A stretch of 63,822 nucleotides of DNA, filler included, from 12 parts of 12 records of this genome joined end to end with filler, not necessarily neighbours in it, one strand, 5' to 3'. Shown: positions 11,968 through 23,545, counted from the whole stretch's first letter. Made by a program: numbers and translations. Notes: generated by a model from the letters alone, not told the origin.

Positions 11968-12821
11968 TATGCCGCCTCCACCATGCCCGCTTTCGCCATG
12001 CGCGCTTTCACCCAATCACGCGCTTTCGCCACTTCTGCCGCCGGGTCTTCCGCCGTTTCGCTCCACATCTCAATCAGGTACGGCCCGCAATAGCCACTCT
12101 GTTTGAGCGTTTCGAAACAACGTTCGAAATCCACTACACCTTCGCCAAACGGCACGTTTTTGAAGACGCCAGGTTTGGTGTCTTTCACATGTACCGCGAC
12201 GATATGCCCGATTCCGGCCTGCAACTCCATCTGCACATCGTTGTCCCACGCCGACAGGTTGCCGATATCCGGGTAGAGCTGGAACCACGGATTGTTGAGA
12301 TAGTGCGCGTATCCCAGCGCCTTGCTGATGGAGCTCATCAACGGATAATCCATGATCTCCATCGCCAGCGTCACCTGCGCGCGGCTTGCCATCTCAACGC
12401 TCTCTTTCAGGCCGTCACGGAAACGACGACGCGTTTCGTTATTGGCTTCCTGATAGTAAACGTCATAGCCCGCCAGCTGGATCACGCGAATACCGACATC
12501 CTGGGCGAACTGGATAGCTTTACGCATAATCTCCAGCCCCTGCGCCCGCACCGCGTCATCTTCACTGCCCAGCGGGAAACGACGATGAGCAGAAAGGCAC
12601 ATGGACGGCACGCGCACGCCGGTTTCAACAATCGCATTGACCAGCGCCAGACGCTGCTCGCGGCTCCAGTTGAGGCGCGACAGGCGATCGTCAGTTTCAT
12701 CTACCGACATTTCGACAAAATCGAAGCCTAACGTTTTTGCCAGTTGCAGGCGTTCCAGCCAGCACTCCCCGGCGGGGAGCGCTTTTTCATAGATGCCAAG
12801 CGGGATTTGTTTGGACAACAT
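11967..12821 (-). CDS. ulaE: L-ribulose-5-phosphate 3-epimerase UlaE
   Basis: [16 protein letters not shown]..., 284 aa, ula operon order. Confidence 0.97.
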   Translation of the reverse strand: MLSKQIPLGIYEKALPAGECWLERLQLAKTLGFDFVEMSVDETDDRLSRLNWSREQRLALVNAIVETGVRVPSMCLSAHRRFPLGSEDDAVRAQGLEIMRKAIQFAQDVGIRVIQLAGYDVYYQEANNETRRRFRDGLKESVEMASRAQVTLAMEIMDYPLMSSISKALGYAHYLNNPWFQLYPDIGNLSAWDNDVQMELQAGIGHIVAVHVKDTKPGVFKNVPFGEGVVDFERCFETLKQSGYCGPYLIEMWSETAEDPAAEVAKARDWVKARMAKAGMVEAA

Positions 12822-12830
12822 ATCCGCTCC

Positions 12831-13326
12831 TTAGCCCCACAGTTCAGCGATGGAACGTTTGAACTGACGTGCGGCTTCCACCGGAGAAGCGGCATCACGG
12901 ATACTACGGCCCGCGATAAAGACGTGAATCGGAATACCCTTGAACAGCGGCAGATCTTCCAGCGCCAGGCCTCCGGTGACGGTGACTTTGAAGCCCATAT
13001 CGGAAAGACGTTTGATCGCGGTGATGTCCGCTTCGCCCCACGCCACGCCTGCGGCCTGCGCGTCACGGCTGCGGTGATAAACCACCTGCCCAATGCCTGC
13101 ATCGCGCCACTGTTGCGCCTGTTCCCAGGTCCAGTAACCGGTCAGTTCGATCTGCACGTCGCCGTTAAACTCTTTTGCCACGTCCAGCGCGCCTTTGGCG
13201 GTGTTGATATCCGCACAGCAAATTACCGTCACCCAGTCAGCGTTGGCTTCGAAGCACATACGCGAAAGGATTTTGCCTGCATCGGCAATTTTGGCGTCTG
13301 CCAGTTACGATTTTGTGCGGGTAGAG
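12831..13326 (-). CDS. ulaD: 3-keto-L-gulonate-6-phosphate decarboxylase UlaD, 5'-truncated by the gap, with an apparent 1-nt insertion near 13305
   Basis: [29 protein letters not shown]...SIAELWG; the upstream LYPHKIV is in a shifted frame. Confidence 0.93.
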
Positions 13327-13426
13327 NNNNNNNNNNNNNNNNNNNNNNNNNNNNNNNNNNNNNNNNNNNNTTAATTAATTAANNNNNNNNNNNNNNNNNN
13401 NNNNNNNNNNNNNNNNNNNNNNNNNN
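13327..13426. other. Artificial contig spacer 2
   Basis: 44N-TTAATTAATTAA-44N. Confidence 0.99.
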
Positions 13427-13489
13427 GGAACCAGCTATATTTCAATGATTTCGTCACTAACATGTGAGTTTGCATGTTGTGTTTTACAG

Positions 13490-14334
13490 TGGTGGACATG
13501 CCATTCCAACAGGCATCAGTCATGGTGAAGGACGGTGAGCAAACTGTGAGTGGGCGCCGCCGCCGCCTGCTTCAGACTGGCTCCACTGTTACGGGCAGCT
13601 GCGACATTCTTTCTCTCACTCTCGGCCCCCTGCATCTGGATCTGCTTGGCTTGGTCGTTGATCTGCAGCAGGTACGCCTCACACGAAGGTTTCCCACAGC
13701 GTGACTGTGTGGTTGCTATTGCCGCTCTGTCATATGCATATACGTGATGTGTCAGCGGGGCACGGCATCTGGAACTTACACTTGTGGCTTCTGTGCGTAG
13801 GTTGACTTGGAAATCACCGCTAACACCGGGGAGGGACAGCTCTTGGGCAACCTCCTGTGCAACTTGGCTGGTTTGCTGGACGACCCTGCCAATCTGCCTT
13901 CGATCGGAAACATCTTGGGTCCTCAGACTGGTAACTGCAGCGTGCTCACTCTGGATCTCAACGATACCACCAACTTGAACTTGCTCGGCCTCGTTGTGGA
14001 GCTGGCACCGGTATGTCGTCTTGGTCCGCCAATCCATACGTACACGACTTCAATCGAGTTGGTTGTGTTTGACTTTTCTTTCATTGCCGTTTATGTTGCA
14101 TGCATAAGCCACCACTCTCACGCTGTTTGGCTTATGAACTTAGTGAAGTGGCGAACCTCGTCGTCAATGGCTCATGACATTCTTCTTCGTTTACAGGTTC
14201 ACTTGAGCATCTCCGGTGATACAGGCAACGGCAAGCTTCTTGGTAACTTGGTCTGTGGACTTGCAAACATTCTCAACAACCCCATCAGCCCCATTCTCAC
14301 TCAGATCAATGCGCTGCTCACCAGCGCCGCGTAA
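13490..14334 (+). CDS. Eukaryotic tandem-domain protein of unknown function; last 3 exons (13490-13671, 13801-14010, 14197-14334), 5' end missing
   Basis: Introns GTACGC..TAG and GTATGT..CAG, both phase 0; two copies of C-x-[IV]L-x-L-x-L...L[DN]LLGLVV[DE]L-xx-V-x-L-x-I...TG-x-G-x-LLGNL[LV]C-x-LA-x-[LI]L[DN]. Confidence 0.8.
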
Positions 14335-15108
14335 GCTTCAGCACGTCGCTCTATACGCCGCACGCGGCTTGTCTAATTGAGATATATGGATTCTCGATGA
14401 TTCATTTCAGGTGGTGGCGGATGTGGACTTGTTTGTTGTAGCGCGGATTGGTGTTGTTTGAATATTTGTTATGTTTCGAATATGTGTGTGCGTGCATGTG
14501 TGATGAGCGCTCGAAAGAGCGGAAGAGTGTGAAAAAGACCGCGATCGTCTTCTTGATTATTAAAGCAAACGGCAGTTGAACATCGGTTTATGTATGTTCA
14601 CCTGGAATGATGTATTTTCACAGTGCTCATGCCTTCACACGCAAACCCTTCCTTTCACCACTAACGCTGCTTCCTGATGTGGGGGGTTCTTCCAAGCGTT
14701 TTCTTGCATTTACTTTCCTGCAGGGACCCGCAATTCCTAAGGGCTCCACATTGTATCATAAGGCCGCCGACAGTACGCTGCGAATCTGTGATACGCACTG
14801 AAACTCACACACAGCCTCCTCACGTTATCACTGCGGTGGCTCCTCTCCTCATTTTATATGCGAATGTGCTGTCTGTGTGCTGTCCCCACAAAGTTGTGGT
14901 CCTGTCACTGTTGTTGTGAACGCTTCGGAAGCCAATTTGTACAAAGAGGAGATGGACCGTACGGAGTCACACACACACACACGCATTCATTCATTCCCAC
15001 ACCGCGCGCTGGCTTAATTCTGCATATTCACTGCGTGCCTGTGTGTTTGGCCTGGTGTAGGATTGCCTGTGTGCTGTGGGTATTAATATTCGTGTGAGCG
15101 GTGTGAGA

Positions 15109-15600
15109 ATGAGTGATCCTCTGCCGCCCGGCGATCATTTACCCATCGCGCTTCAACCGCTTCGGCAGGATCCCTCCTCCCCCGGCTCTGCTGGTCCCAG
15201 TGACAGTGCGCGCGTGTCTGTCTCATTCCATGACGCGGCATTTGCGCCGGCTGGCAGCTCTTCGCTCTCGTTTGACGGGAACCCTTTGCTGGAGTCCATC
15301 GACCCGTTCTCCACCACCGTGCTTCAGCGTGTGCGATCTCGCCGCAACACGGTTCTCGAGGGCAATAATTCCGCCTCATCGCCCATGCCCTCCGATTCGA
15401 ACACGCCGAATGACATGCAATGGATGGAATCCGCTCGGGAGTCCATCCGCGAAAGTATCGCCTCCGCCACCGACGATCACAACCACCGCAGTAACAGCCA
15501 CGATGGGCATTCCCCATTGGCCCAATTCCAAATCGACTGCGCGGAATCCGTCGCCTTTGTCTTTGAAGCGCTTCAGCGCACCGCAGAACACAAACAAGCT
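15109..15600 (+). CDS. Probable first exon of a eukaryotic gene, S/P/D-rich and likely disordered; product unknown
   Basis: ATG 15109 opens MSDPLPPGDHLPIALQPLRQDPSSPGSAG..., open up to GT-rich intron-like sequence near the contig end; the donor position is uncertain. Confidence 0.5.
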
Positions 15601-15649
15601 GTGGGTAATATGAGTGATGTGTATCTGATTGTGGGTGAGGTAGTGAGTC

Positions 15650-15749
15650 NNNNNNNNNNNNNNNNNNNNNNNNNNNNNNNNNNNNNNNNNNNNTTAATTA
15701 ATTAANNNNNNNNNNNNNNNNNNNNNNNNNNNNNNNNNNNNNNNNNNNN
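15650..15749. other. Artificial contig spacer 3
   Basis: 44N-TTAATTAATTAA-44N. Confidence 0.99.
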
Positions 15750-15776
15750 GATAAGGCGTTTACGCCGCATCCGGCA
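15750..15776. repeat. Partial REP (palindromic unit)
   Basis: gataaggcgtttacgccgcatccggca matches the E. coli REP consensus. Confidence 0.92.
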
Positions 15777-15797
15777 ACCGTGCCGACTAGACAGTGA

Positions 15798-18700
15798 TTA
15801 CCATTTCACCGTCATCGACAAAAACCCTGCCGTCTGGGCAAAATCATCACTCCCTTTCTGCCACGCCACGCTGCCGCGCAGGGACACTCGCTGACTGATA
15901 TTGCCCGTGACTCCCACTTTTATTTCACCCCGTTGCTTCACCGCATCGTCACTGATAGTGCTGCCATCCTCTTCAATTTCCGTCGAATGGGGATCGTGAT
16001 AATAATTCAGATCTAATGTTGGTATGACATGAACAGCGGTACGCCATTCGCTGTGTAAACCCAGCCGCGTCTGAATATCATCACCCTGCGATTGTGACAC
16101 GCGCGCACGGTTAGCGGCGGTAAAATCATCCTGCTGCACGCCCTGATAAATCACCTGCGCCTGCGGTTCAATCACCACACCACGCCCCGGTAACCACTGA
16201 TACCCCGCCTCCAGCGAGGCGATAATCCCCGACGAGTGGTAATGATCTGTGCCATCTTCTTGTTCGGAAACATCATTGCTAAACCACGCGTATTGCAGCC
16301 AGCTATCCAGCCAGGCCCCTTGCTTCTGATTACCGTGCTGAAACCAGCTTGATGTCAGCCCAACGGCATAACCGTGGTTCTGGTTATCGGCGCGAGTTCC
16401 GGTCATATTCGAGCGGCTGTCGCCCTGGTTATCGCTGTAGCCACCAACAATCCCAAGCATCCACTCGCCATCCGTGCCCCAGCGCCCGCTAAACAGATCG
16501 CCGCTAAGTTGCACCGTAGAAGTGTCTTCATGTTGAGCCAGTTGCCCCGCTGCTGTGTAATGATAATCTCCGCCGATAACACGTAAATTCAGCGTCTGAC
16601 CATCGCCACCTGCGTGATCGCGTCGCTCCATCATAAACGCCTGATTTGCCGCCCGCAGGTTATTAAGATAACCGCCAACTTTGGCATTCAACACCGGCTG
16701 GTAAGCAGGCGTAGGTTCCGGGTCGGGTGTTGGATCAGGATCCGGCGTGGGATCAGGATCGGGAGTCGGGTCTGGATCAGGTGGCGATGGCGGCGTTACT
16801 TCTTGCGATCGCAGATACCAGTCGTTGTTATCTTCCACCAGCGTGTAGTCATACGCTCCCATATTGACGTAGCCGCTGCCTGCCAGACTGAACTGCGCAT
16901 TGTTTTGAAACTGCGTGGGATCAGCTGCGAAATCAACCACTTTAATGCCTGTCGATGTCGGCTCACCAATCCCTGTAATGGAGTTAACCACCACAGTTGT
17001 GTTGCCAGCAGTATTACCGTTCATCACCAATTGATCGCTTACCGAGTCATCGCCGTTTAATTCGCTATCGAGCAGTAGCGTACCGCCGCCGGTATAATCA
17101 CCGTTTACCGTCAGCGTATCGCCAGCGACGCCATTTTGCAGGCTAACCGCACCGGACGTATTGGTCAGATTGCCATTAACCGTCACGTTGGAAAGATAAG
17201 TCAGGCTGTCAGTTTCAAGGTTGGTATTAAGCTCACCTGTCAACGTCACACCATCGGTGGCATTCACCAGCGTCCCATCGCCGTTAAATAGTGAGGCATT
17301 AAGGGCGACGGAAGTATCCTGCCCGGTCAGGCGCAAAACCGTACCATCGCTGATGTCGATAGTGCCGCTGGAAATAGCATCAATTGACTGAATATCCTGA
17401 TCCGCGCCAGTAACGAACGTTGCCCCATCACCAACCCACAGTGACGAAGCATAAGGAAGGATATCAGCAACATCACCTTTCAGGGTGCCTTCTTCGACAC
17501 GTACCGCCGACTGCGTTGTACCGCTGGCGGTCAGCTCCAGTGTACCAGCCCCCGTTTTAGTCAATGTGCTACCCTCATCCTGATGCTGCCCGCTGCTGTC
17601 AGCCATCAGTGCGCCCCACTGCGTGTCTACCCCCGCATCAACTGCCACTTCACCGTCGGCGCGCATTTCAATATCACGTCCGTGGCCTGCCGCATCTGAA
17701 CGCGTGTCAACGTCGGAGGTAATCTCCATCACGCTTTCTTGTTGCTTATCGGTAAAGATAACCTGGCGGTTATAGTGGGTATCTCCAAGCTGCGAGTTGT
17801 CGCTCACCATCAGCGTACCGGAGGCGATTTGTGTTGTGCCCAAATAACTATTATTGTTTGCCAGACTTACCTGCCCGTCGCTCGCATCGACCACCACGTA
17901 GACGCCATCTTTCCCGTCGCCGCCGATATGCAAATTGTCGCCACCTGCAAGATCTACCACATCCTGACTGCCGATAACCGTTCCGCTGCTGCCACTGACT
18001 TCAAGGCCATCGTTGTATGATGTGCCGCTCTGCCAGGTGGAGAAATCAGAGAGATCGAGCACACCGCCGTTTAACACGATCGACTGCGGATCGTCCTGGA
18101 GAGCGGTAAGATCTGCCGCGTCGCCTTCCAGCGAAAGCACCGCACCATCATCAACGACTATATCGCCGGTTAGCGCCATCGACTGCGCCCCTGCCAGCAC
18201 GTAGCTGCCGTTTTGCGCAATGGTGAGCTGACCAGCACCTTCGATGATGCCAGCAAAACTGCCCTGATTAACAGTAACGTTGCCACCAGCATCGATATTT
18301 AAAGTGCCATTCTGAAAGCCCGTCAATGCGTGCACAAAAGTTTGTTGGGTCGAGCCAACGTTTAGCTCAGCCTGATTCTGATACTGATCAATACTCCCTA
18401 TCGTCAGACCGTAGCAGTCTTGCGGATCGTCCTGGCAATGCGTATCGCCGACATTCATCAGGGAGTTGCTGCGGCCCAGGGTAACTTCACCGTTTTCAAT
18501 CTGCATCTCACCAGTAAAGTCATTGTTATCTGCATTAAGTACCAGATCGCCGGAACCTGTTTTGGTGATTAACCCGGTACCAGCAATAGAGTCAACAGCT
18601 CCGTCATTCTCTGTATTGCCAATAACCAGCGTTTTTCCGTCGGCAATATCAAAGGTAACTTCACTTAAGCCGAGATACATAAAGCCACCCGCCGCAGAGG

Positions 18701-19181
18701 AAGGACCATCTCCATAGCCTGCTGCGCTATTGTTCTCATCGACTAACACGCCTCCGTTCTGGCTGTAGCTGTCATCAACAGAAATATCAATAAGATAGGG
18801 AGCCGTCACGCTATTGGTATATATCGCCCCGCCATAACCTTCGGCAGTGTTATTTGTAAAGGCAGTGTTATTTACTATCGTATAACCTGAAGGATGCTTG
18901 CTGTCGCTATTATTATCGGTAACATCGATTGCCCCGCCATCGCCATCACTGTAACTTGTTGATGTATATGCCTGGTTGTTATCAAAAATAACATCACTTA
19001 AATAAACGTCATTATTAATGGTATAAATTGCGCCACCTTTGCCATCATTAGCGATGTTATTGCGAAACATGGCGTTAGTGACACGTAAATCGACGGCACC
19101 AGTATCGTTAGTACCAGAAGAATAGATTGCGCCACCATAGCCGCCTGCGACGTTACCGGAAAAAATAACATCAGTAAGATT
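15798..19181 (-). CDS. yfaL: AIDA-I-family autotransporter adhesin YfaL, 5'-truncated by the gap
   Basis: GGAI/FxxN repeats, PDP linker, beta-barrel ending in MTVKW; frame open to the contig edge. Confidence 0.93.
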   Translation of the reverse strand, partial: NLTDVIFSGNVAGGYGGAIYSSGTNDTGAVDLRVTNAMFRNNIANDGKGGAIYTINNDVYLSDVIFDNNQAYTSTSYSDGDGGAIDVTDNNSDSKHPSGYTIVNNTAFTNNTAEGYGGAIYTNSVTAPYLIDISVDDSYSQNGGVLVDENNSAAGYGDGPSSAAGGFMYLGLSEVTFDIADGKTLVIGNTENDGAVDSIAGTGLITKTGSGDLVLNADNNDFTGEMQIENGEVTLGRSNSLMNVGDTHCQDDPQDCYGLTIGSIDQYQNQAELNVGSTQQTFVHALTGFQNGTLNIDAGGNVTVNQGSFAGIIEGAGQLTIAQNGSYVLAGAQSMALTGDIVVDDGAVLSLEGDAADLTALQDDPQSIVLNGGVLDLSDFSTWQSGTSYNDGLEVSGSSGTVIGSQDVVDLAGGDNLHIGGDGKDGVYVVVDASDGQVSLANNNSYLGTTQIASGTLMVSDNSQLGDTHYNRQVIFTDKQQESVMEITSDVDTRSDAAGHGRDIEMRADGEVAVDAGVDTQWGALMADSSGQHQDEGSTLTKTGAGTLELTASGTTQSAVRVEEGTLKGDVADILPYASSLWVGDGATFVTGADQDIQSIDAISSGTIDISDGTVLRLTGQDTSVALNASLFNGDGTLVNATDGVTLTGELNTNLETDSLTYLSNVTVNGNLTNTSGAVSLQNGVAGDTLTVNGDYTGGGTLLLDSELNGDDSVSDQLVMNGNTAGNTTVVVNSITGIGEPTSTGIKVVDFAADPTQFQNNAQFSLAGSGYVNMGAYDYTLVEDNNDWYLRSQEVTPPSPPDPDPTPDPDPTPDPDPTPDPEPTPAYQPVLNAKVGGYLNNLRAANQAFMMERRDHAGGDGQTLNLRVIGGDYHYTAAGQLAQHEDTSTVQLSGDLFSGRWGTDGEWMLGIVGGYSDNQGDSRSNMTGTRADNQNHGYAVGLTSSWFQHGNQKQGAWLDSWLQYAWFSNDVSEQEDGTDHYHSSGIIASLEAGYQWLPGRGVVIEPQAQVIYQGVQQDDFTAANRARVSQSQGDDIQTRLGLHSEWRTAVHVIPTLDLNYYHDPHSTEIEEDGSTISDDAVKQRGEIKVGVTGNISQRVSLRGSVAWQKGSDDFAQTAGFLSMTVKW
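16712..16790 (-). repeat. Coding Pro-Asp-Pro-Thr repeat linker in YfaL
   Basis: PPDPDPTPDPDPTPDPDPTPDPEPTP. Confidence 0.85.
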
Positions 19182-19281
19182 NNNNNNNNNNNNNNNNNNN
19201 NNNNNNNNNNNNNNNNNNNNNNNNNTTAATTAATTAANNNNNNNNNNNNNNNNNNNNNNNNNNNNNNNNNNNNNNNNNNNN
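19182..19281. other. Artificial contig spacer 4
   Basis: 44N-TTAATTAATTAA-44N. Confidence 0.99.
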
Positions 19282-19466
19282 TCACTGCGTTTTCAGTAAC
19301 TCTGGTGGCCGTTATTTTATCTCTTGGCGGTAAGTTTATTCACTTTATGGAACCGTTATCGCGTGTTTCATGGTTTGTCGGCGTCATCGTCGCCTTTGCG
19401 GCCTACGCCTTATTAAAGAAACGTACAACAGCAGAAAAAACAGGAGAGCAAAAAACCATAGGTTAA
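19282..19466 (+). CDS. ybbW: Allantoin permease (NCS1 family), C-terminal fragment
   Basis: TAFSVTLVAVILSLGGKFIHFMEPLSRVSWFVGVIVAFAAYALLKKRTTAEKTGEQKTIG*, directly upstream of allB. Confidence 0.85.
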
Positions 19467-19525
19467 TTAATCCCGATATTGAACATTGAGTTAAAAACCA
19501 ATCTGTATTTTACAAGGAGTTTGTT

Positions 19526-20887
19526 ATGTCTTTTGATTTAATCATTAAAAACGGCACCGTTATTTTAGAAAACGAAGCTCGCGTTGTAGATATCGCCGTT
19601 AAAGGCGGAAAAATTGCTGCTATCGGTCAGGATCTGGGCGATGCAAAAGAAGTTATGGATGCGTCTGGTCTGGTGGTTTCGCCGGGCATGGTTGATGCGC
19701 ACACCCATATTTCTGAACCGGGTCGTAGCCACTGGGAAGGTTATGAAACCGGTACTCGCGCAGCGGCAAAAGGTGGTATCACCACCATGATCGAAATGCC
19801 GCTCAACCAGCTGCCTGCAACGGTTGACCGCGCTTCAATTGAACTGAAGTTCGATGCCGCTAAAGGCAAGCTGACTATTGATGCGGCACAACTCGGTGGC
19901 CTGGTGTCTTACAACATCGACCGTCTGCATGAGCTGGATGAAGTGGGCGTTGTCGGCTTCAAATGCTTCGTTGCGACCTGTGGCGATCGCGGTATCGACA
20001 ACGACTTCCGTGATGTAAACGACTGGCAGTTCTTCAAAGGTGCGCAGAAGCTGGGCGAACTGGGTCAGCCGGTGCTGGTGCACTGCGAAAACGCGCTGAT
20101 TTGTGACGAACTGGGCGAAGAAGCGAAGCGTGAAGGTCGCGTAACCGCTCATGACTATGTGGCTTCGCGTCCGGTATTTACCGAAGTGGAAGCAATTCGC
20201 CGCGTACTGTATCTGGCGAAAGTTGCTGGTTGCCGTCTGCACGTTTGCCACGTCAGCAGCCCGGAAGGTGTTGAGGAAGTGACTCGTGCACGTCAGGAAG
20301 GTCAGGACGTTACTTGTGAATCCTGCCCGCATTACTTTGTACTGGATACCGATCAGTTCGAAGAAATCGGTACTCTGGCGAAGTGTTCACCGCCGATCCG
20401 CGATCTGGAAAACCAGAAAGGCATGTGGGAAAAACTGTTTAACGGTGAAATCGACTGCCTGGTTTCCGACCACTCTCCATGCCCGCCGGAAATGAAAGCC
20501 GGTAACATCATGAAAGCATGGGGCGGTATCGCCGGTCTGCAAAGCTGCATGGACGTGATGTTCGATGAAGCGGTACAGAAACGCGGTATGTCTCTGCCAA
20601 TGTTCGGCAAATTAATGGCGACTAACGCAGCAGATATTTTCGGTCTGCAGCAAAAAGGCCGTATCGCCCCAGGAAAAGATGCCGACTTCGTCTTCATTCA
20701 GCCGAATAGCAGCTATGTTCTTACCAATGACGATCTGGAATATCGCCACAAAGTCAGCCCGTATGTTGGCCGTACCATTGGCGCGCGTATCACGAAAACC
20801 ATCTTACGTGGTGATGTGATTTACGACATTGAACAGGGCTTCCCTGTTGCGCCGAAAGGTCAATTTATCCTTAAACATCAGCAGTAA
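19526..20887 (+). CDS. allB: Allantoinase
   Basis: PGMVDAHTH and SDHSPC amidohydrolase motifs, 453 aa. Confidence 0.97.
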   Translation: MSFDLIIKNGTVILENEARVVDIAVKGGKIAAIGQDLGDAKEVMDASGLVVSPGMVDAHTHISEPGRSHWEGYETGTRAAAKGGITTMIEMPLNQLPATVDRASIELKFDAAKGKLTIDAAQLGGLVSYNIDRLHELDEVGVVGFKCFVATCGDRGIDNDFRDVNDWQFFKGAQKLGELGQPVLVHCENALICDELGEEAKREGRVTAHDYVASRPVFTEVEAIRRVLYLAKVAGCRLHVCHVSSPEGVEEVTRARQEGQDVTCESCPHYFVLDTDQFEEIGTLAKCSPPIRDLENQKGMWEKLFNGEIDCLVSDHSPCPPEMKAGNIMKAWGGIAGLQSCMDVMFDEAVQKRGMSLPMFGKLMATNAADIFGLQQKGRIAPGKDADFVFIQPNSSYVLTNDDLEYRHKVSPYVGRTIGARITKTILRGDVIYDIEQGFPVAPKGQFILKHQQ

Positions 20888-20943
20888 TCTGGCCCCTGCA
20901 ATGCCCGTCCTTGCGGCGGGCATTCTCCGGTTAAGGTGTGTTT

Positions 20944-22245
20944 ATGTTCAATTTTGCAGTCAGCCGCGAAAGCCTGTTATCAGGATTTCAGTGGTTTTTC
21001 TTTATTTTTTGCAACACGGTTGTGGTTCCTCCTACGCTACTTTCTGCTTTTCAGTTGCCGCAAAGTAGCCTGCTTACGCTCACGCAATATGCTTTTCTTG
21101 CTACCGCACTGGCCTGCTTCGCTCAGGCGTTTTGCGGTCATCGTCGCGCTATTATGGAAGGGCCAGGTGGCCTGTGGTGGGGAACCATCCTTACTATCAC
21201 CCTTGGTGAAGCATCGCGCGGGACACCGATCAACGATATCGCCACCAGCCTGGCAGTGGGGATTGCACTCTCCGGCGTGCTGACGATGTTGATTGGTTTT
21301 AGCGGATTAGGCCATCGCCTGGCACGGTTATTTACGCCGTCGGTGATGGTCTTGTTTATGTTGATGCTGGGCGCGCAGCTGACCACTATCTTTTTCAAAG
21401 GTATGCTCGGGCTGCCGTTTGGCATAGCCGACCCGAATTTTAAAATTCAGTTACCGCCGTTCGCGCTCTCGGTGGCGGTGATGTGCCTGGTACTGGCGAT
21501 GATTATCTTCCTGCCGCAACGTTTTGCCCGTTATGGCCTGCTGGTCGGCACCATAACCGGCTGGTTGTTGTGGTACTTTTGCTTTCCTTCTTCGCACTCG
21601 CTCTCCGGTGAGTTGCACTGGCAGTGGTTCCCGCTCGGCAGTGGCGGTGCTTTGTCGCCGGGAATTATTCTGACGGCGGTGATTACAGGTCTGGTAAATA
21701 TCAGCAATACCTACGGTGCGATTCGGGGCACGGATGTTTTTTATCCGCAGCAGGGCGCAGGGAATACGCGTTATCGTCGTAGCTTTGTGGCGACCGGATT
21801 TATGACGCTGATAACCGTACCGCTGGCGGTAATTCCATTTTCACCGTTTGTTTCATCCATTGGTTTATTAACCCAGACTGGCGATTACACGCGGCGTTCG
21901 TTTATTTATGGCAGCGTTATTTGCCTGCTGGTGGCGCTGGTTCCTGCACTCACGCGACTGTTTTGCAGTATCCCTTTACCCGTGAGTAGTGCGGTCATGC
22001 TGGTTTCTTATCTGCCTTTACTCTTTTCCGCGCTGGTGTTTAGCCAGCAAATAACGTTTACCGCTCGCAATATTTATCGACTCGCATTGCCGTTATTTGT
22101 CGGCATATTTTTAATGGCATTACCGCCTGTGTATCTGCAAGACCTTCCATTAACGCTTCGTCCTCTGCTCAGTAACGGCTTATTGGTCGGGATTTTACTG
22201 GCTGTTCTTATGGATAACCTTATTCCGTGGGAACGCATCGAATAA
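20944..22245 (+). CDS. ybbY: Putative purine permease (NCS2 family)
   Basis: Polytopic membrane protein of 433 aa between allB and glxK. Confidence 0.92.
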   Translation: MFNFAVSRESLLSGFQWFFFIFCNTVVVPPTLLSAFQLPQSSLLTLTQYAFLATALACFAQAFCGHRRAIMEGPGGLWWGTILTITLGEASRGTPINDIATSLAVGIALSGVLTMLIGFSGLGHRLARLFTPSVMVLFMLMLGAQLTTIFFKGMLGLPFGIADPNFKIQLPPFALSVAVMCLVLAMIIFLPQRFARYGLLVGTITGWLLWYFCFPSSHSLSGELHWQWFPLGSGGALSPGIILTAVITGLVNISNTYGAIRGTDVFYPQQGAGNTRYRRSFVATGFMTLITVPLAVIPFSPFVSSIGLLTQTGDYTRRSFIYGSVICLLVALVPALTRLFCSIPLPVSSAVMLVSYLPLLFSALVFSQQITFTARNIYRLALPLFVGIFLMALPPVYLQDLPLTLRPLLSNGLLVGILLAVLMDNLIPWERIE

Positions 22246-22266
22246 TTTGTTGAAAAAGGATTGATA

Positions 22267-23412
22267 ATGAAGATTGTCATTGCGCCAGACTCTTTTAAAG
22301 AGAGCTTAAGTGCAGAAAAATGTTGTCAGGCAATTAAAGCCGGGTTTTCGACCCTCTTTCCCGATGCGAACTATATCTGTTTGCCGATAGCGGATGGCGG
22401 CGAAGGGACGGTGGATGCGATGGTCGCCGCGACGGGCGGCAACATCGTGACGCTTGAAGTCTGCGGGCCGATGGGCGAAAAAGTGAATGCTTTTTATGGC
22501 CTTACCGGCGACGGGAAAACGGCGGTGATTGAGATGGCGGCAGCAAGTGGCCTGATGCTGGTCGCGCCTGAAAAGCGTAATCCGTTGCTGGCCTCCAGTT
22601 TTGGTACGGGGGAGTTAATTCGTCATGCGCTGGATAACGACATTCGCCATATTATTCTCGGCATTGGCGGCAGTGCGACGGTCGACGGCGGTATGGGCAT
22701 GGCGCAGGCGCTCGGTGTGCGTTTCCTTGATGCCGACGGTCAGGCGCTGGCGGCAAACGGTGGTAATTTAGCGCGCGTGGCAAGCATTGAGATGGATGAA
22801 TGCGATCCGCGTCTGGCGAATTGCCATATTGAAGTAGCATGTGACGTTGATAACCCGCTGGTAGGGGCACGCGGCGCGGCGGCGGTGTTTGGCCCGCAAA
22901 AAGGGGCAACGCCGGAGATGGTCGAAGAACTTGAACAGGGGCTGCAAAATTACGCCCGTGTTTTACAACAGCAAACTGAAATTAATGTCTGCCAGATGGC
23001 GGGCGGCGGCGCTGCGGGCGGTATGGGTATTGCGGCGGCGGTATTTCTCAATGCGGATATTAAACCGGGCATTGAAATTGTGTTGAATGCGGTCAATCTT
23101 GCGCAGGCAGTGCAGGGCGCAGCACTGGTGATTACCGGGGAAGGGCGCATCGACTCGCAAACGGCAGGCGGTAAAGCGCCGCTGGGTGTGGCGTCGGTGG
23201 CGAAGCAGTTTAATGTACCGGTGATTGGGATTGCTGGCGTATTGGGTGATGGCGTGGAAGTGGTGCACCAGTACGGCATTGACGCGGTATTCAGCATTTT
23301 GCCTCGTCTGGCACCTTTAGCCGAAGTGCTCGCCAGCGGTGAAACCAATCTCTTCAACAGCGCGCGAAATATTGCCTGCGCCATTAAAATAGGTCAGGGA
23401 ATTAAAAACTAA
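22267..23412 (+). CDS. glxK: Glycerate 2-kinase
   Basis: [14 protein letters not shown]...ADGGEGT...[11 protein letters not shown]...TGEGRID, 381 aa. Confidence 0.96.
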
Positions 23413-23532
23413 CCCTTACCTTTAAAGCGGATGCGATTTATATCGCATAAGAGTGCAGTACTCATGCCGGATGCGGCATGAGTACCATATCCTTCCTGAA
23501 AATCGCGCAAATTCTATATATTGCAGAGATCA

Positions 23533-23545
23533 TGTAGGCCTGATA
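23533..23545. repeat. Start of a REP, cut by the gap
   Basis: tgtaggcctgata. Confidence 0.65.
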
